Part shown: positions 1-6,897 of the stretch, in pieces
Layout: each line of letters starts with the position of its first letter
Numbering within the stretch: position 1 is the stretch's first letter
UHGV virus genome: UHGV-1657835
DNA: 14,166 nucleotides
Direction: 5' to 3' (one strand)
Origin: a virus
Notes under the pieces: model-generated
The model's database searches: none
Told to the model about the DNA's origin: nothing
The model's input: the letters and a program-made list of their open reading frames with translations, nothing else
Position numbers and translations under genes: made by a program

Positions 1-171
1 TGGCGATTAAATACACCATTATCATGCCTTCAGCCACCACAACAAGGGAAGACCCTCATTTATACAGTATACATTAAAGAGACACCTTTGGTGCAAACGC
101 GTTACGTACATCAACCACCGCTGATGATTTTGTGCGCTTTGCTACTATTCATCACCAACGGATCAGCGTAA
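1..171 (+). CDS. Possible 3' end of a gene entering from upstream of the window (partial)
   Basis: Frame 1 is open from base 1 to a TAA at 169-171 (56 codons) and ends with a hydrophobic stretch (PLMILCALLLFITNGSA). It ends 23 nt before the RBS of the next gene. No start is visible in the window. Confidence 0.2.
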   Translation, partial: WRLNTPLSCLQPPQQGKTLIYTVYIKETPLVQTRYVHQPPLMILCALLLFITNGSA

Positions 172-381
172 CCTCGTTGCCAATCAGTTAATAAGGAATT
201 AGCTATGCCTAATCGCATTCCTCTCGATCCTGTATTGCCCAAAAATTTTGACTGCACTCCTAACGAGAAACGCTTTAAAGCTCAGCTGGACGCCTAGTGG
301 GACCATCCATATGGGGTTACACAACCTGACGGGAAAATTGTAGTTTATTGTCTGAATGGTGGGGCGTGGGACCGTCCATCC

Positions 382-789
382 GTGCTTTGTTTGGCAGATA
401 ACTATGATGAAGCCTGTGAACTTGCCGAAAGACAGCAGGCAAGCTGGGTAAAAACACGGTCTGAACCGACATTCATGTTTTCAAAAGAACCGCCATTTAT
501 ACTGGCGAGGATGTCGCAGCGACCGGATCATCAACAAGAAATTGTTGCTGAATTTTCCTCAAGGGATGAGATGAATCTCTTCTCATTAAAGCAGGAAGAA
601 AGGGATCGCGTCGAAGTGTCTCCAACTCTCGACCACAACCGGATGAACCTGGCCCAGCTCGCCTGGTACAGCAAAGAATTAGAGATGTCTATTGCCCGGC
701 TTGAAAACGAAAAAGCCGCTATCCAAGTCCAGCACGAAGTAGTTCTGAACCGGATTAGAGAAATGCAAAACGATAACAGGGGATTTTGA
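382..789 (+). CDS. Hypothetical protein with coiled-coil C-terminus; the frame continues upstream to ATG 205 but is broken by an in-frame TAG at 295-297
   Basis: ORF-track ORF with GTG start at 382. The same frame is open back to ATG 205, which has a good RBS (AAGGA, 194-198), with a single TAG at 295-297 in between. TGA 787-789 abuts the ATG of the next gene. Confidence 0.55.
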   Translation: MLCLADNYDEACELAERQQASWVKTRSEPTFMFSKEPPFILARMSQRPDHQQEIVAEFSSRDEMNLFSLKQEERDRVEVSPTLDHNRMNLAQLAWYSKELEMSIARLENEKAAIQVQHEVVLNRIREMQNDNRGF

Positions 790-1146
790 ATGGCTAAAAT
801 CGAGTACCATCGCGATCGCAGTAATTACCTGGAAATATACGATCATGAATCTCTTAACGATATCAACGATGCGTTATATGAATACTGTGAAAAAACGAGC
901 ATCACAGATGCACCTGATGCATTTGTCGAGCTGCCGGTATATCTCCGCGACATCTATGCAATACGAACACCGCCCGTATCGGTGATTCACATTGGCTATG
1001 TCCGCCTGTCCATCGAAGAAGATGAAGATCGTTATATCGTGCGCCACTATACATTGGACAGAAAAGAACTTCCTAATGAATGGAACATGAGTAATTTCTA
1101 CAACGGTGAATATGGCTTAAAATCCGCTAATAATTTACGGTCATAA
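790..1146 (+). CDS. Hypothetical protein (118 aa), translationally coupled to the upstream gene
   Basis: ATG 790 directly follows the upstream TGA (TGAATG), with an AGGGGA RBS 7 nt upstream. Acidic protein with no recognisable motif. Confidence 0.6.
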   Translation: MAKIEYHRDRSNYLEIYDHESLNDINDALYEYCEKTSITDAPDAFVELPVYLRDIYAIRTPPVSVIHIGYVRLSIEEDEDRYIVRHYTLDRKELPNEWNMSNFYNGEYGLKSANNLRS

Positions 1147-1272
1147 TCTATACAGGCATGTATAACAACAACGAGCCTATTAGCTGTCAACAACGTTATT
1201 TCCTCAAATAAGAAAAAGCAGAAAACAAATTGTTTAAGGTCACAAATTGTGGCCTTGATGGAGGAGGGAGGC

Positions 1273-1503
1273 TTATTGGCTATGGCTAAAAATCAAATTA
1301 GACACTTCATGTTGCTGTAGCTCATCAAGATCCGAGGCCACAAAACCTTTTCCGAAAAACTTCACAAGTAACTCACTAGCCGCATCATTGTCACCTATTA
1401 CACGAAAGTCATACGGCAACGTCGCAAGTTGACGATGTAATCCTGCTGAGAAAGTCGAATCTAACAGCGCCCAGAATTCCCACCGCAGGATAATACTCGC
1501 CTC
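1273..1503 (-). pseudogene. Possible gene remnant: protein-like open frame with no start codon
   Basis: Minus-strand frame of about 76 codons (EASIILRWEFWALLDSTFSAGLHRQLATLPYDFRVIGDNDAASELLVKFFGKGFVASDLDELQQHEVSNLIFSHSQ*) bounded by stops, with no ATG or GTG start. The composition looks protein-like, unlike the overlapping ORF-track ORFs in this region. Confidence 0.2.
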
Positions 1504-2008
1504 TTAATACTGTATATATGTTGTTACGATATGTTTTTCTGTCTCTAAAAAAAGATGTTAATAGAATGCTAACCATTGAAGGGGATAAAAATATACAATT
1601 CCAACAAACGTTATTTTTAACAATTTTTTTCTTTGCGTTGACTTTCCCGGACACCTTGTCTGACCGAAGGTGCGCGAAAGCCACTTTTTCCTTCCTGAGT
1701 TATCCACAAAGTTATGCACTTGCAAGAGGGCCATTTTCTACATATTGTGGTGGCTAACAGATGAAATGAATGTAGATTAATTGAAGATAAGGAGAAAATT
1801 TGAGATGCAATCATGACGTTAATAGATAGGGTCTGCATTACAGACCCCACCCGCATCAAGGAATTAGCCGTTCCCTGATGTTTTTCCGAAAACATGTGCC
1901 GTAAGCTCACGTTAACGACTTTCATTCACCGAATCCAACTATATAGGGGTTGGGTTTCTACGTCAACGTGAGCAAGTGCACCTTTACATTTGACAAGGAA
2001 CCACCTGA

Positions 2009-2146
2009 ATGAACGCTTTTTTTCAGTTCCTGAGTGCATTTTTAGATGCGCCTATTATTAGCCAGATTCTGGCTATTATCCTCATCATCGTTTTGATTTT
2101 GCTTTTAAGGTCAGTAAAAAATGGAATTATGCACTGGCTTACTTAA
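2009..2146 (+). CDS. Small hydrophobic membrane peptide (45 aa, one predicted TM helix)
   Basis: ATG 2009 with AAGGAA RBS 8-9 nt upstream. Translation is MNAFFQFLSAFLDAPIISQILAIILIIVLILLLRSVKNGIMHWLT. It is below the ORF-track length cutoff, convergent with the leftward operon, and followed by an 8-bp-stem hairpin (2145-2163). Confidence 0.45.
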   Translation: MNAFFQFLSAFLDAPIISQILAIILIIVLILLLRSVKNGIMHWLT

Positions 2147-2221
2147 TGTTTCAGTGAAACATTAAAATCTCCTTGATGTGGAAACAATCATTTTCTGTAT
2201 GTGCTGGTGGGCACCTGTAGT

Positions 2222-2584
2222 TCAGCTTTCGTTGGCATTTAACTTCGTCTTTGCTTTCTCCACCAGCAACTTCCAGATGCCTATTTCATTAGCAGCCGCC
2301 TTGATGGCGGCATAAAAAGCATCTTGCTGATCGTAACGCTGGATCTGTTTTTTCAGTTTTGCCTCCACCAATTTAATTTCATTACGTGCTTTCTGAAGCC
2401 GCATCACCGCCCGGTTACGTCTGTTCTTGTATAGCGTGTTAATCTCTGACAATTGCTTTAATTTACCAGCCTGACTGCGGATTATCGCCTCCCTGGCTTC
2501 TGCCGTGCGTCTCATCTTATCTCTTAAGAGTTCACCGTTTTCGATAATTCTTTCAAGGTGTTTGATGTGATCTGCAACTCTCAT
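2222..2584 (-). CDS. Hypothetical basic coiled-coil protein (120 aa); last gene of the leftward operon
   Basis: ATG 2584 overlaps the upstream stop as ATGA (plus 2581-2584). Lys/Arg-rich helical sequence. Confidence 0.7.
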   Translation of the reverse strand: MRVADHIKHLERIIENGELLRDKMRRTAEAREAIIRSQAGKLKQLSEINTLYKNRRNRAVMRLQKARNEIKLVEAKLKKQIQRYDQQDAFYAAIKAAANEIGIWKLLVEKAKTKLNANES

Positions 2585-3462
2585 ACTTCACCCTCGCTTG
2601 TATCACCAGCGTCCACCAACGACAATAAAGCCCTAGCCATCTTATGAACCAACAGTGCATCAATAATGCCAAGCGTATGCCCCGGCTTAATGTTTAATGC
2701 TGCCTCAAGATGACACCTTTCCAGACCGCTTTTCTCGGCTTGTTTATGATGATATGGCGTAATAACGTCGCCCAAAACACGGCTAATTCTTTCTCGTAAT
2801 TGCTGGGTGCCAGCACACTTGATCGCTGTATCGTGGAGACGGTTAACCAGTTCGCGATAAACATGCGGCTTAATGCGGATACGTTCACCGGTGACGCCCT
2901 TTCCTGGCGCAGGCACCGAACTATCCGGAATATCCGGATAGTTGCCAGCCAGTCTACGCAAAACAGCCTTAATTGCATCAATACGGTCATCATCAACTTT
3001 TTCTACAATATTGGAATTTAAATACTTCGAAGCCTTGCTATGCCAATCGCTGGTTTTAGGGTCTTGTCCATCCATCAAACGCCAAGCTTCAGCGATTAAC
3101 TCATAGCCAGTAACAGTGGCTTCCTGCGCATCACCAATCAGTTGTGTGATCTCTCTTTCAAGCATGCTTAGAGCGTTAGGCATTGGTTTTTCTTCCGGTA
3201 CTACTGGAACGGGGGGAGCGGCGTAGACCTCAATAATTCCATTATCAATAGGCCATTCTCCATCCTTGAGGTAGTCACTTGTGCCGTCAACTTGCTGTTC
3301 TGCAATGTGGAATGCACCTATTGGTTTTGCGTCCAGCGATGCCAGAGCAATTCGTGCCAGTTCTTCCGCTTCTTCTGCTGGCAGTACAACGTTGCTACCA
3401 GGTCCGTATGTTTCGCGCCACTGCTTGATTGTCAGTAGTCGCTCTTTGGTAATAGTGGTCAT
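2581..3462 (-). CDS. Hypothetical protein (293 aa)
   Basis: ATG 3462 with AAGGA RBS; ATGA overlap with the upstream gene (3459-3462) and the downstream gene (2581-2584). No motif recognised. Confidence 0.8.
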   Translation of the reverse strand: MTTITKERLLTIKQWRETYGPGSNVVLPAEEAEELARIALASLDAKPIGAFHIAEQQVDGTSDYLKDGEWPIDNGIIEVYAAPPVPVVPEEKPMPNALSMLEREITQLIGDAQEATVTGYELIAEAWRLMDGQDPKTSDWHSKASKYLNSNIVEKVDDDRIDAIKAVLRRLAGNYPDIPDSSVPAPGKGVTGERIRIKPHVYRELVNRLHDTAIKCAGTQQLRERISRVLGDVITPYHHKQAEKSGLERCHLEAALNIKPGHTLGIIDALLVHKMARALLSLVDAGDTSEGEV

Positions 3463-3974
3463 GCCGCGTTTCCTTCTTTCTTATTAACAATTACACCGTC
3501 ATATATTTCATTAAGGTGCCCTCTCAACTCCATGCGCCTTAATGCAGATAACATGTAATCGCATTCAACCTGCTTATTTCCAGTAAATGGCTTATCGTCA
3601 GGATTACCCCAACAGCAATTACCCTTGGGCCACCCATGTACTTTCCGTACTCTTCCGTTAACAACGTGAAGTAATCCCCAGCCAGGTGGTAAATCCTCAA
3701 TTGAAATAATTCCCGGCTCACTAATAAAGAATCGCCAGTCGCCCATTCCAAGAGACGGATTTTTACGAAAACGCTTTTTTCTATCTGCCAACAAGTCAGC
3801 ACGAGAACACTTCGCCTCTATCAGGCATGATGCTGAATTTCTGAATCCCATAGCATCTGGCTGTTCTCCGGTACTGGTTACAGCTATAAAGCGGTCATGA
3901 AAACAAACCTTGAACCCGTTGCGCTTAAGGAACTTGTACGCAATCTGACAGAGTTCGCGGTGTGTTAACGCCAT
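3459..3974 (-). CDS. Putative PD-(D/E)xK nuclease-fold protein (possibly MmcB-like); function uncertain
   Basis: ATG 3974, one nt after the upstream TGA. Contains a ...GEQPDAMGF...LIEAKCSRAD... pattern compatible with a PD-(D/E)xK motif. The family assignment is from memory. Confidence 0.7.
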   Translation of the reverse strand: MALTHRELCQIAYKFLKRNGFKVCFHDRFIAVTSTGEQPDAMGFRNSASCLIEAKCSRADLLADRKKRFRKNPSLGMGDWRFFISEPGIISIEDLPPGWGLLHVVNGRVRKVHGWPKGNCCWGNPDDKPFTGNKQVECDYMLSALRRMELRGHLNEIYDGVIVNKKEGNAA

Positions 3975-3975
3975 A

Positions 3976-4656
3976 TCACTCTCCTTTGATGCGAATGCCA
4001 GCGTCAGACATCATATGCAGATACTCAACTGTATCCTGAACCCATTGACCGCCAATCCCGTAATAGCGATGCGTAATGATGTCGATAGTTACTAACGCGT
4101 CTTGTTCGATTAACTTCCGCAGAAACTCTTCCAGGTCACCAGTGCAGTGCTTGATGACAGGAGTTTTCCCAGGATGGCGAACAACAAGAAACTGATTTCC
4201 GACTTCACGGACTTCGTTGCTTTCCAGTTCTGCTATGCGCTTACTTCCATCCGCGATTACTCCCTCGTAATATTCACGCTGCTCGTTGAGTTTTGATTTT
4301 GCTGTTTCAAGCTCAACGCGCAGCTTCCCTACCGTTAGCGCAATATCCTCGTTCTCCTGGTCGCGGCGTTTGATGTATTGCTGGTTTCTTTCCCGTTCAT
4401 CCAGTAGTGCCAGCACGGTAGCTGGACTGGCTGCTGCGATGAATTCAGCATTGGCCTGCTGTTCCATTTGGAAATCTTCATCGAAATCGCTTTCTGGATG
4501 CGCTCCTTCAATTCTGCAAATGGGAATATATCCAGCAACTTCACGATGAATTAGCGCATCATCACCATCAAATCGGCTCTCTCCATATTCGAGCGACCAT
4601 ACACCACACGTTGCTTTTTCTGCCTTTTCACGCAGTGCCTGATAGTCAATTTTCAT
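3976..4656 (-). CDS. Ead/Ea22-like protein
   Basis: N-terminal region (KIDYQALREKAEKATCGVW...NAEFIAAASPATVLALLDERER) matches the conserved Ead/Ea22 signature of enterobacterial phages as I recall it, followed by a coiled coil. I place the start at ATG 4656, which has an AAGGA RBS 8 nt upstream and an ATGA overlap with the upstream stop; the ORF track starts it at 4665. Confidence 0.8.
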   Translation of the reverse strand: MKIDYQALREKAEKATCGVWSLEYGESRFDGDDALIHREVAGYIPICRIEGAHPESDFDEDFQMEQQANAEFIAAASPATVLALLDERERNQQYIKRRDQENEDIALTVGKLRVELETAKSKLNEQREYYEGVIADGSKRIAELESNEVREVGNQFLVVRHPGKTPVIKHCTGDLEEFLRKLIEQDALVTIDIITHRYYGIGGQWVQDTVEYLHMMSDAGIRIKGE

Positions 4657-5297
4657 ACTCGCCATCCTTCACAGTTGTAATCACGACATCCTTCAAAATC
4701 ATATGGGCTGTACTGCCAGGTAATTTTTCCGCAATGCGGACAATTCCAGCGCACCTTACCGCTTCGCGACTTTTTTCTTCTGTTTTGTTTTTTCAACCAG
4801 TCAGGTATGACCAAACCTGCGCCCTGAACCATTGTTCTGCGGTTAAAATTATTGATATTGAACGTCCGGCGCTTTGCTACATCGGCAATGGAAAATGGCA
4901 ACCAAACTATTCCTGGCTCGTTTTTGTTAGCGACGCTAAAGATGGTTGCTTTACTGAAGTCATCTGTTGGCAATCCACCGTGTTGAAGCCAGTAAACATC
5001 GTTGCCGTTCCAGCTACCTTTTTTGTAGGCCACATACGCAGTGCAATCTGACTCAATCAGGCTTTCTGTGGGGATGTACTGGCAATCAACGTGCCACAGA
5101 GCCATTGCATCCACGCTATCAGCGCAAACAGGCTGATCGATATCTCGTCCACAATTCCAGGCTTTTTGGGCTTCTTCCAGCGTGTAAACATGAGCGCGAT
5201 CGATATCAGAACTGTAACCATTGCCGTTATGGCAATGGAATGAGGCGTTATTACCCACAGTTTCACGCAAGCACATCATGTAAAAGCGGTTATTCAC
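4653..5297 (-). CDS. Hypothetical protein with C-terminal Cys-rich zinc-binding motif
   Basis: GTG 5297 with GGAGG RBS 6 nt upstream. C-terminus has CPHCGK...CRDYNCEG. The start overlaps the end of the upstream gene by 8 nt. Confidence 0.75.
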   Translation of the reverse strand: MNNRFYMMCLRETVGNNASFHCHNGNGYSSDIDRAHVYTLEEAQKAWNCGRDIDQPVCADSVDAMALWHVDCQYIPTESLIESDCTAYVAYKKGSWNGNDVYWLQHGGLPTDDFSKATIFSVANKNEPGIVWLPFSIADVAKRRTFNINNFNRRTMVQGAGLVIPDWLKKQNRRKKSRSGKVRWNCPHCGKITWQYSPYDFEGCRDYNCEGWRV

Positions 5298-5550
5298 TGG
5301 TTGCCTCCGCTTCCCACGTTTTCAGACTTTCACCACAGAACGGGCAAAATGAAACTCGAATAGGCGATTTAGAAAATTCACCAGACCGCAGCATGATCAG
5401 GTCTTGTGAATGAATTAATTCATGGTTATAGATTTTGTATTTCAGCAGACCTTTTCGCGTCGTGTATTCAGCGTCATGCTCCAGGGATTGTGCCAACGCC
5501 GCGCACGGTTCTATCTTGTTGCCATTAATTTGGCATTTTGACTCACTCAC
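5290..5550 (-). CDS. Small zinc-ribbon protein
   Basis: Contains two Cys pairs (C..C near the N-terminus and CPFCGE). The ORF track starts it at TTG 5574, which has no RBS; GTG 5550 has an AGGGGG RBS 6 nt upstream and overlaps the upstream stop by 8 nt, so I prefer it. Confidence 0.65.
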   Translation of the reverse strand: MSESKCQINGNKIEPCAALAQSLEHDAEYTTRKGLLKYKIYNHELIHSQDLIMLRSGEFSKSPIRVSFCPFCGESLKTWEAEATSE

Positions 5551-6124
5551 TGGTTGCCCCCTGAATACGCTCAAACTCTATTACCCACACCCAAGGATTA
5601 GCGTTCCAACTATCTTCGCCATAAATTGATTTCCATAGGCTAGGGAAACCTGGGTAATGCTTATCGCCAATGAGGGTCGATTCTGTTGGTGCGCCCTCAG
5701 CCCTTGCATCGCATTCGCTGATATCGTTCAACCGCTCAACGCGAACGTTGGTAATTTCCAGAAGAATGCGCGATGCCCAGCGCGGCATGTGAATTGATGG
5801 CGTCCACTTTTCTGATACTGGTTTATTACAAACCTCGACCGGAACCCGGTGCGTTTGTTCTGTCCAGGAGTTACGCACGCTTGCGCGATAAACCAGCGTT
5901 GCGACGTCCGTCGCTTTGCCATGTACCCGGTAGGTTTCGCGAACCCAAATACGATCGCCCGGTTGACCATATGGACAATGCTTGGCAAGCAACTCTGCGG
6001 CCACTGCCCGTCCATAGAATTTTTCTTCAACAATCCTGCGAGTCTGTGTTTTATTCCCGCCAAGAATTGCCCGGACCATCTCATCGTTAAAAATCATGCC
6101 GCGCTCTTTCACTTCGCCTTTCAT
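5543..6124 (-). CDS. ASCH/PUA-like domain protein (phage-associated family)
   Basis: ATG 6124 with strong RBS AGGGGGA. N-terminal MIFNDEMVRAILGGNKTQTRR resembles the GxKxxExR-type ASCH motif common in prophage proteins. The domain call is from memory. Confidence 0.8.
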   Translation of the reverse strand: MKGEVKERGMIFNDEMVRAILGGNKTQTRRIVEEKFYGRAVAAELLAKHCPYGQPGDRIWVRETYRVHGKATDVATLVYRASVRNSWTEQTHRVPVEVCNKPVSEKWTPSIHMPRWASRILLEITNVRVERLNDISECDARAEGAPTESTLIGDKHYPGFPSLWKSIYGEDSWNANPWVWVIEFERIQGATSE

Positions 6125-6133
6125 GCATCCCCC

Positions 6134-6220
6134 TTACCCATGAGCGACGATGCCGCCAAAAGTGATAGAGAACTGCCAGAAATAGATCGCGGCCATAATG
6201 ATTTTGAATGCCGTGTTCAT
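6134..6220 (-). CDS. Small hydrophobic peptide (28 aa), leader gene of the operon
   Basis: ATG 6220 with AGGAG RBS 9 nt upstream. Translation is MNTAFKIIMAAIYFWQFSITFGGIVAHG. Its TAA stop sits inside the RBS of the next gene. Not in the ORF track because it is too short. Confidence 0.4.
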   Translation of the reverse strand: MNTAFKIIMAAIYFWQFSITFGGIVAHG

Positions 6221-6247
6221 ATTTTCAGCTCCTGTGATTGATTGGAT

Positions 6248-6270
6248 ACATGCCGCGCCTTGCGGCATGT
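6248..6270 (+). terminator. GC-rich hairpin followed by a T-run on the plus strand; lies in the 5' leader of the leftward operon
   Basis: CATGCCGC-gcctt-GCGGCATG (8-9 bp stem) followed on the plus strand by TTTTTATTTT. On the minus strand it is preceded by an A-run and has no U-tract after it, so it would only terminate plus-strand (antisense) transcription, or act as a leader structure. Confidence 0.35.
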
Positions 6271-6282
6271 TTTTATTTTCAC

Positions 6283-6319
6283 TTTCTCTGTTTTAAAAAT
6301 CAATATTTATTAGAGCAAT
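6283..6319 (-). promoter_or_regulatory. P1 C1-operator-like 17-mer plus a conserved A/T block; putative repressor-controlled promoter for the leftward operon
   Basis: Minus-strand ATTGCTCTAATAAATAT (plus 6303-6319) matches ATTGCTCTAATAAATTT at 16 of 17 positions. It is followed after 2 nt by ATTTTTAAAAC, the same arrangement as the copy at 8444-8460. TTGCTC could serve as a -35 with a -10-like hexamer 17 nt downstream. Confidence 0.55.
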
Positions 6320-6825
6320 TATTGTTGATGAAGAAGCGCGTTTTCATACTCCCTGACCATTAACGTAAGCACGCCGTGCCTCCTGAAAACACGCGCCACT
6401 TCAATCTTATCTTCCAGCGCGAACGCGATTTTACTTAGACCAATTTTCTTAAGGAGATCAATCTTTGCTGGGCCGTCATTTCTGTCATCGGTGGCAGGAC
6501 GCATAGATAGCAAAGGCTCAGCCCCATTTGTTACGTGCTTACGCAACCAAGCTCGTGTTTTATCCCTGGCTATCTCACAGCGCCCGGTTACAAACCAGAG
6601 CGTGTAAATGCTGGACAACTGGCGCACCATATCAATAACTGGAGTGATGGGAGCATCAGTGTCACAGGCAAGGTTAAACTCGTTCCAGTGCTCTGTTAAT
6701 GCACCTTTGCCAGGTGGTGGAAGTAAATGCAGCCTGTCTTCCGTTGCCTCTGATATTGTTCCATCAATATCAACTATGACGATATACGGACGTTCCTGGT
6801 GTGCGTGTTTATTGAAAATACTCAA
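6319..6825 (-). CDS. HAD-superfamily phosphatase, polynucleotide-kinase 3'-phosphatase-like
   Basis: HAD motif I in YIVIVDIDGTIS (DxDGT), motif II in WFVTGR, then a conserved Lys and an acidic motif (ALEDK). TTG start at 6825 with GAGGAGGG RBS. Confidence 0.8.
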   Translation of the reverse strand: MSIFNKHAHQERPYIVIVDIDGTISEATEDRLHLLPPPGKGALTEHWNEFNLACDTDAPITPVIDMVRQLSSIYTLWFVTGRCEIARDKTRAWLRKHVTNGAEPLLSMRPATDDRNDGPAKIDLLKKIGLSKIAFALEDKIEVARVFRRHGVLTLMVREYENALLHQQ

Positions 6826-6843
6826 ATGCCCTCCTCATTGGAC

Positions 6844-6877
6844 GAAAAAAATGCTGGTGGGCGCACTCCACCAGCAT
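6844..6877 (-). terminator. Rho-independent terminator for the upstream leftward operon; palindrome carries Chi on both strands
   Basis: ATGCTGGTGG-gcgcact-CCACCAGCAT (10-bp arms) followed on the minus strand by seven T. It lies between the stop of the 420-aa gene (6898) and the start of the HAD gene (6825). Confidence 0.6.
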
Positions 6878-6897
6878 TAAAAGTGACACTGTAACTG

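Noticed and set aside
1409-1925. ORF-track ORFs 1409..1684 (-), 1518..1757 (+) and 1617..1925 (-) in the gene-poor gap
   Set aside because: They overlap each other, lie in AT-rich homopolymer-laden DNA, translate to low-complexity peptides and have no RBS. Only the separate start-less frame at 1273-1503 looks protein-like.
1925-1945. A tRNA-like GAATCC box (caccgaatccaac)
   Set aside because: There is no GC-rich acceptor stem, no T-arm or D-arm pairing, and no CCA-compatible 3' end within about 80 nt. It is not a tRNA.
1989-1994. A perfect TTGACA hexamer just upstream of the 45-aa ORF, as a possible -35 element
   Set aside because: No acceptable -10 hexamer lies 16-19 bp downstream; that position falls on the RBS and start codon. 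A real promoter for this ORF probably lies further upstream.
2448-2464. A weak operator-like 17-mer (ATTGCTTTAATTTACCA) inside the 120-aa gene
   Set aside because: It matches only 11 of 17 positions and lies within coding sequence with no promoter context, so it is probably chance.
6248-6270. The GC hairpin as a terminator for the leftward HAD-phosphatase transcript
   Set aside because: Its T-run is on the plus strand only; on the minus strand the hairpin is preceded by A's. It cannot act as an intrinsic terminator for leftward transcription, so it is listed as an antisense-facing terminator or leader structure instead.
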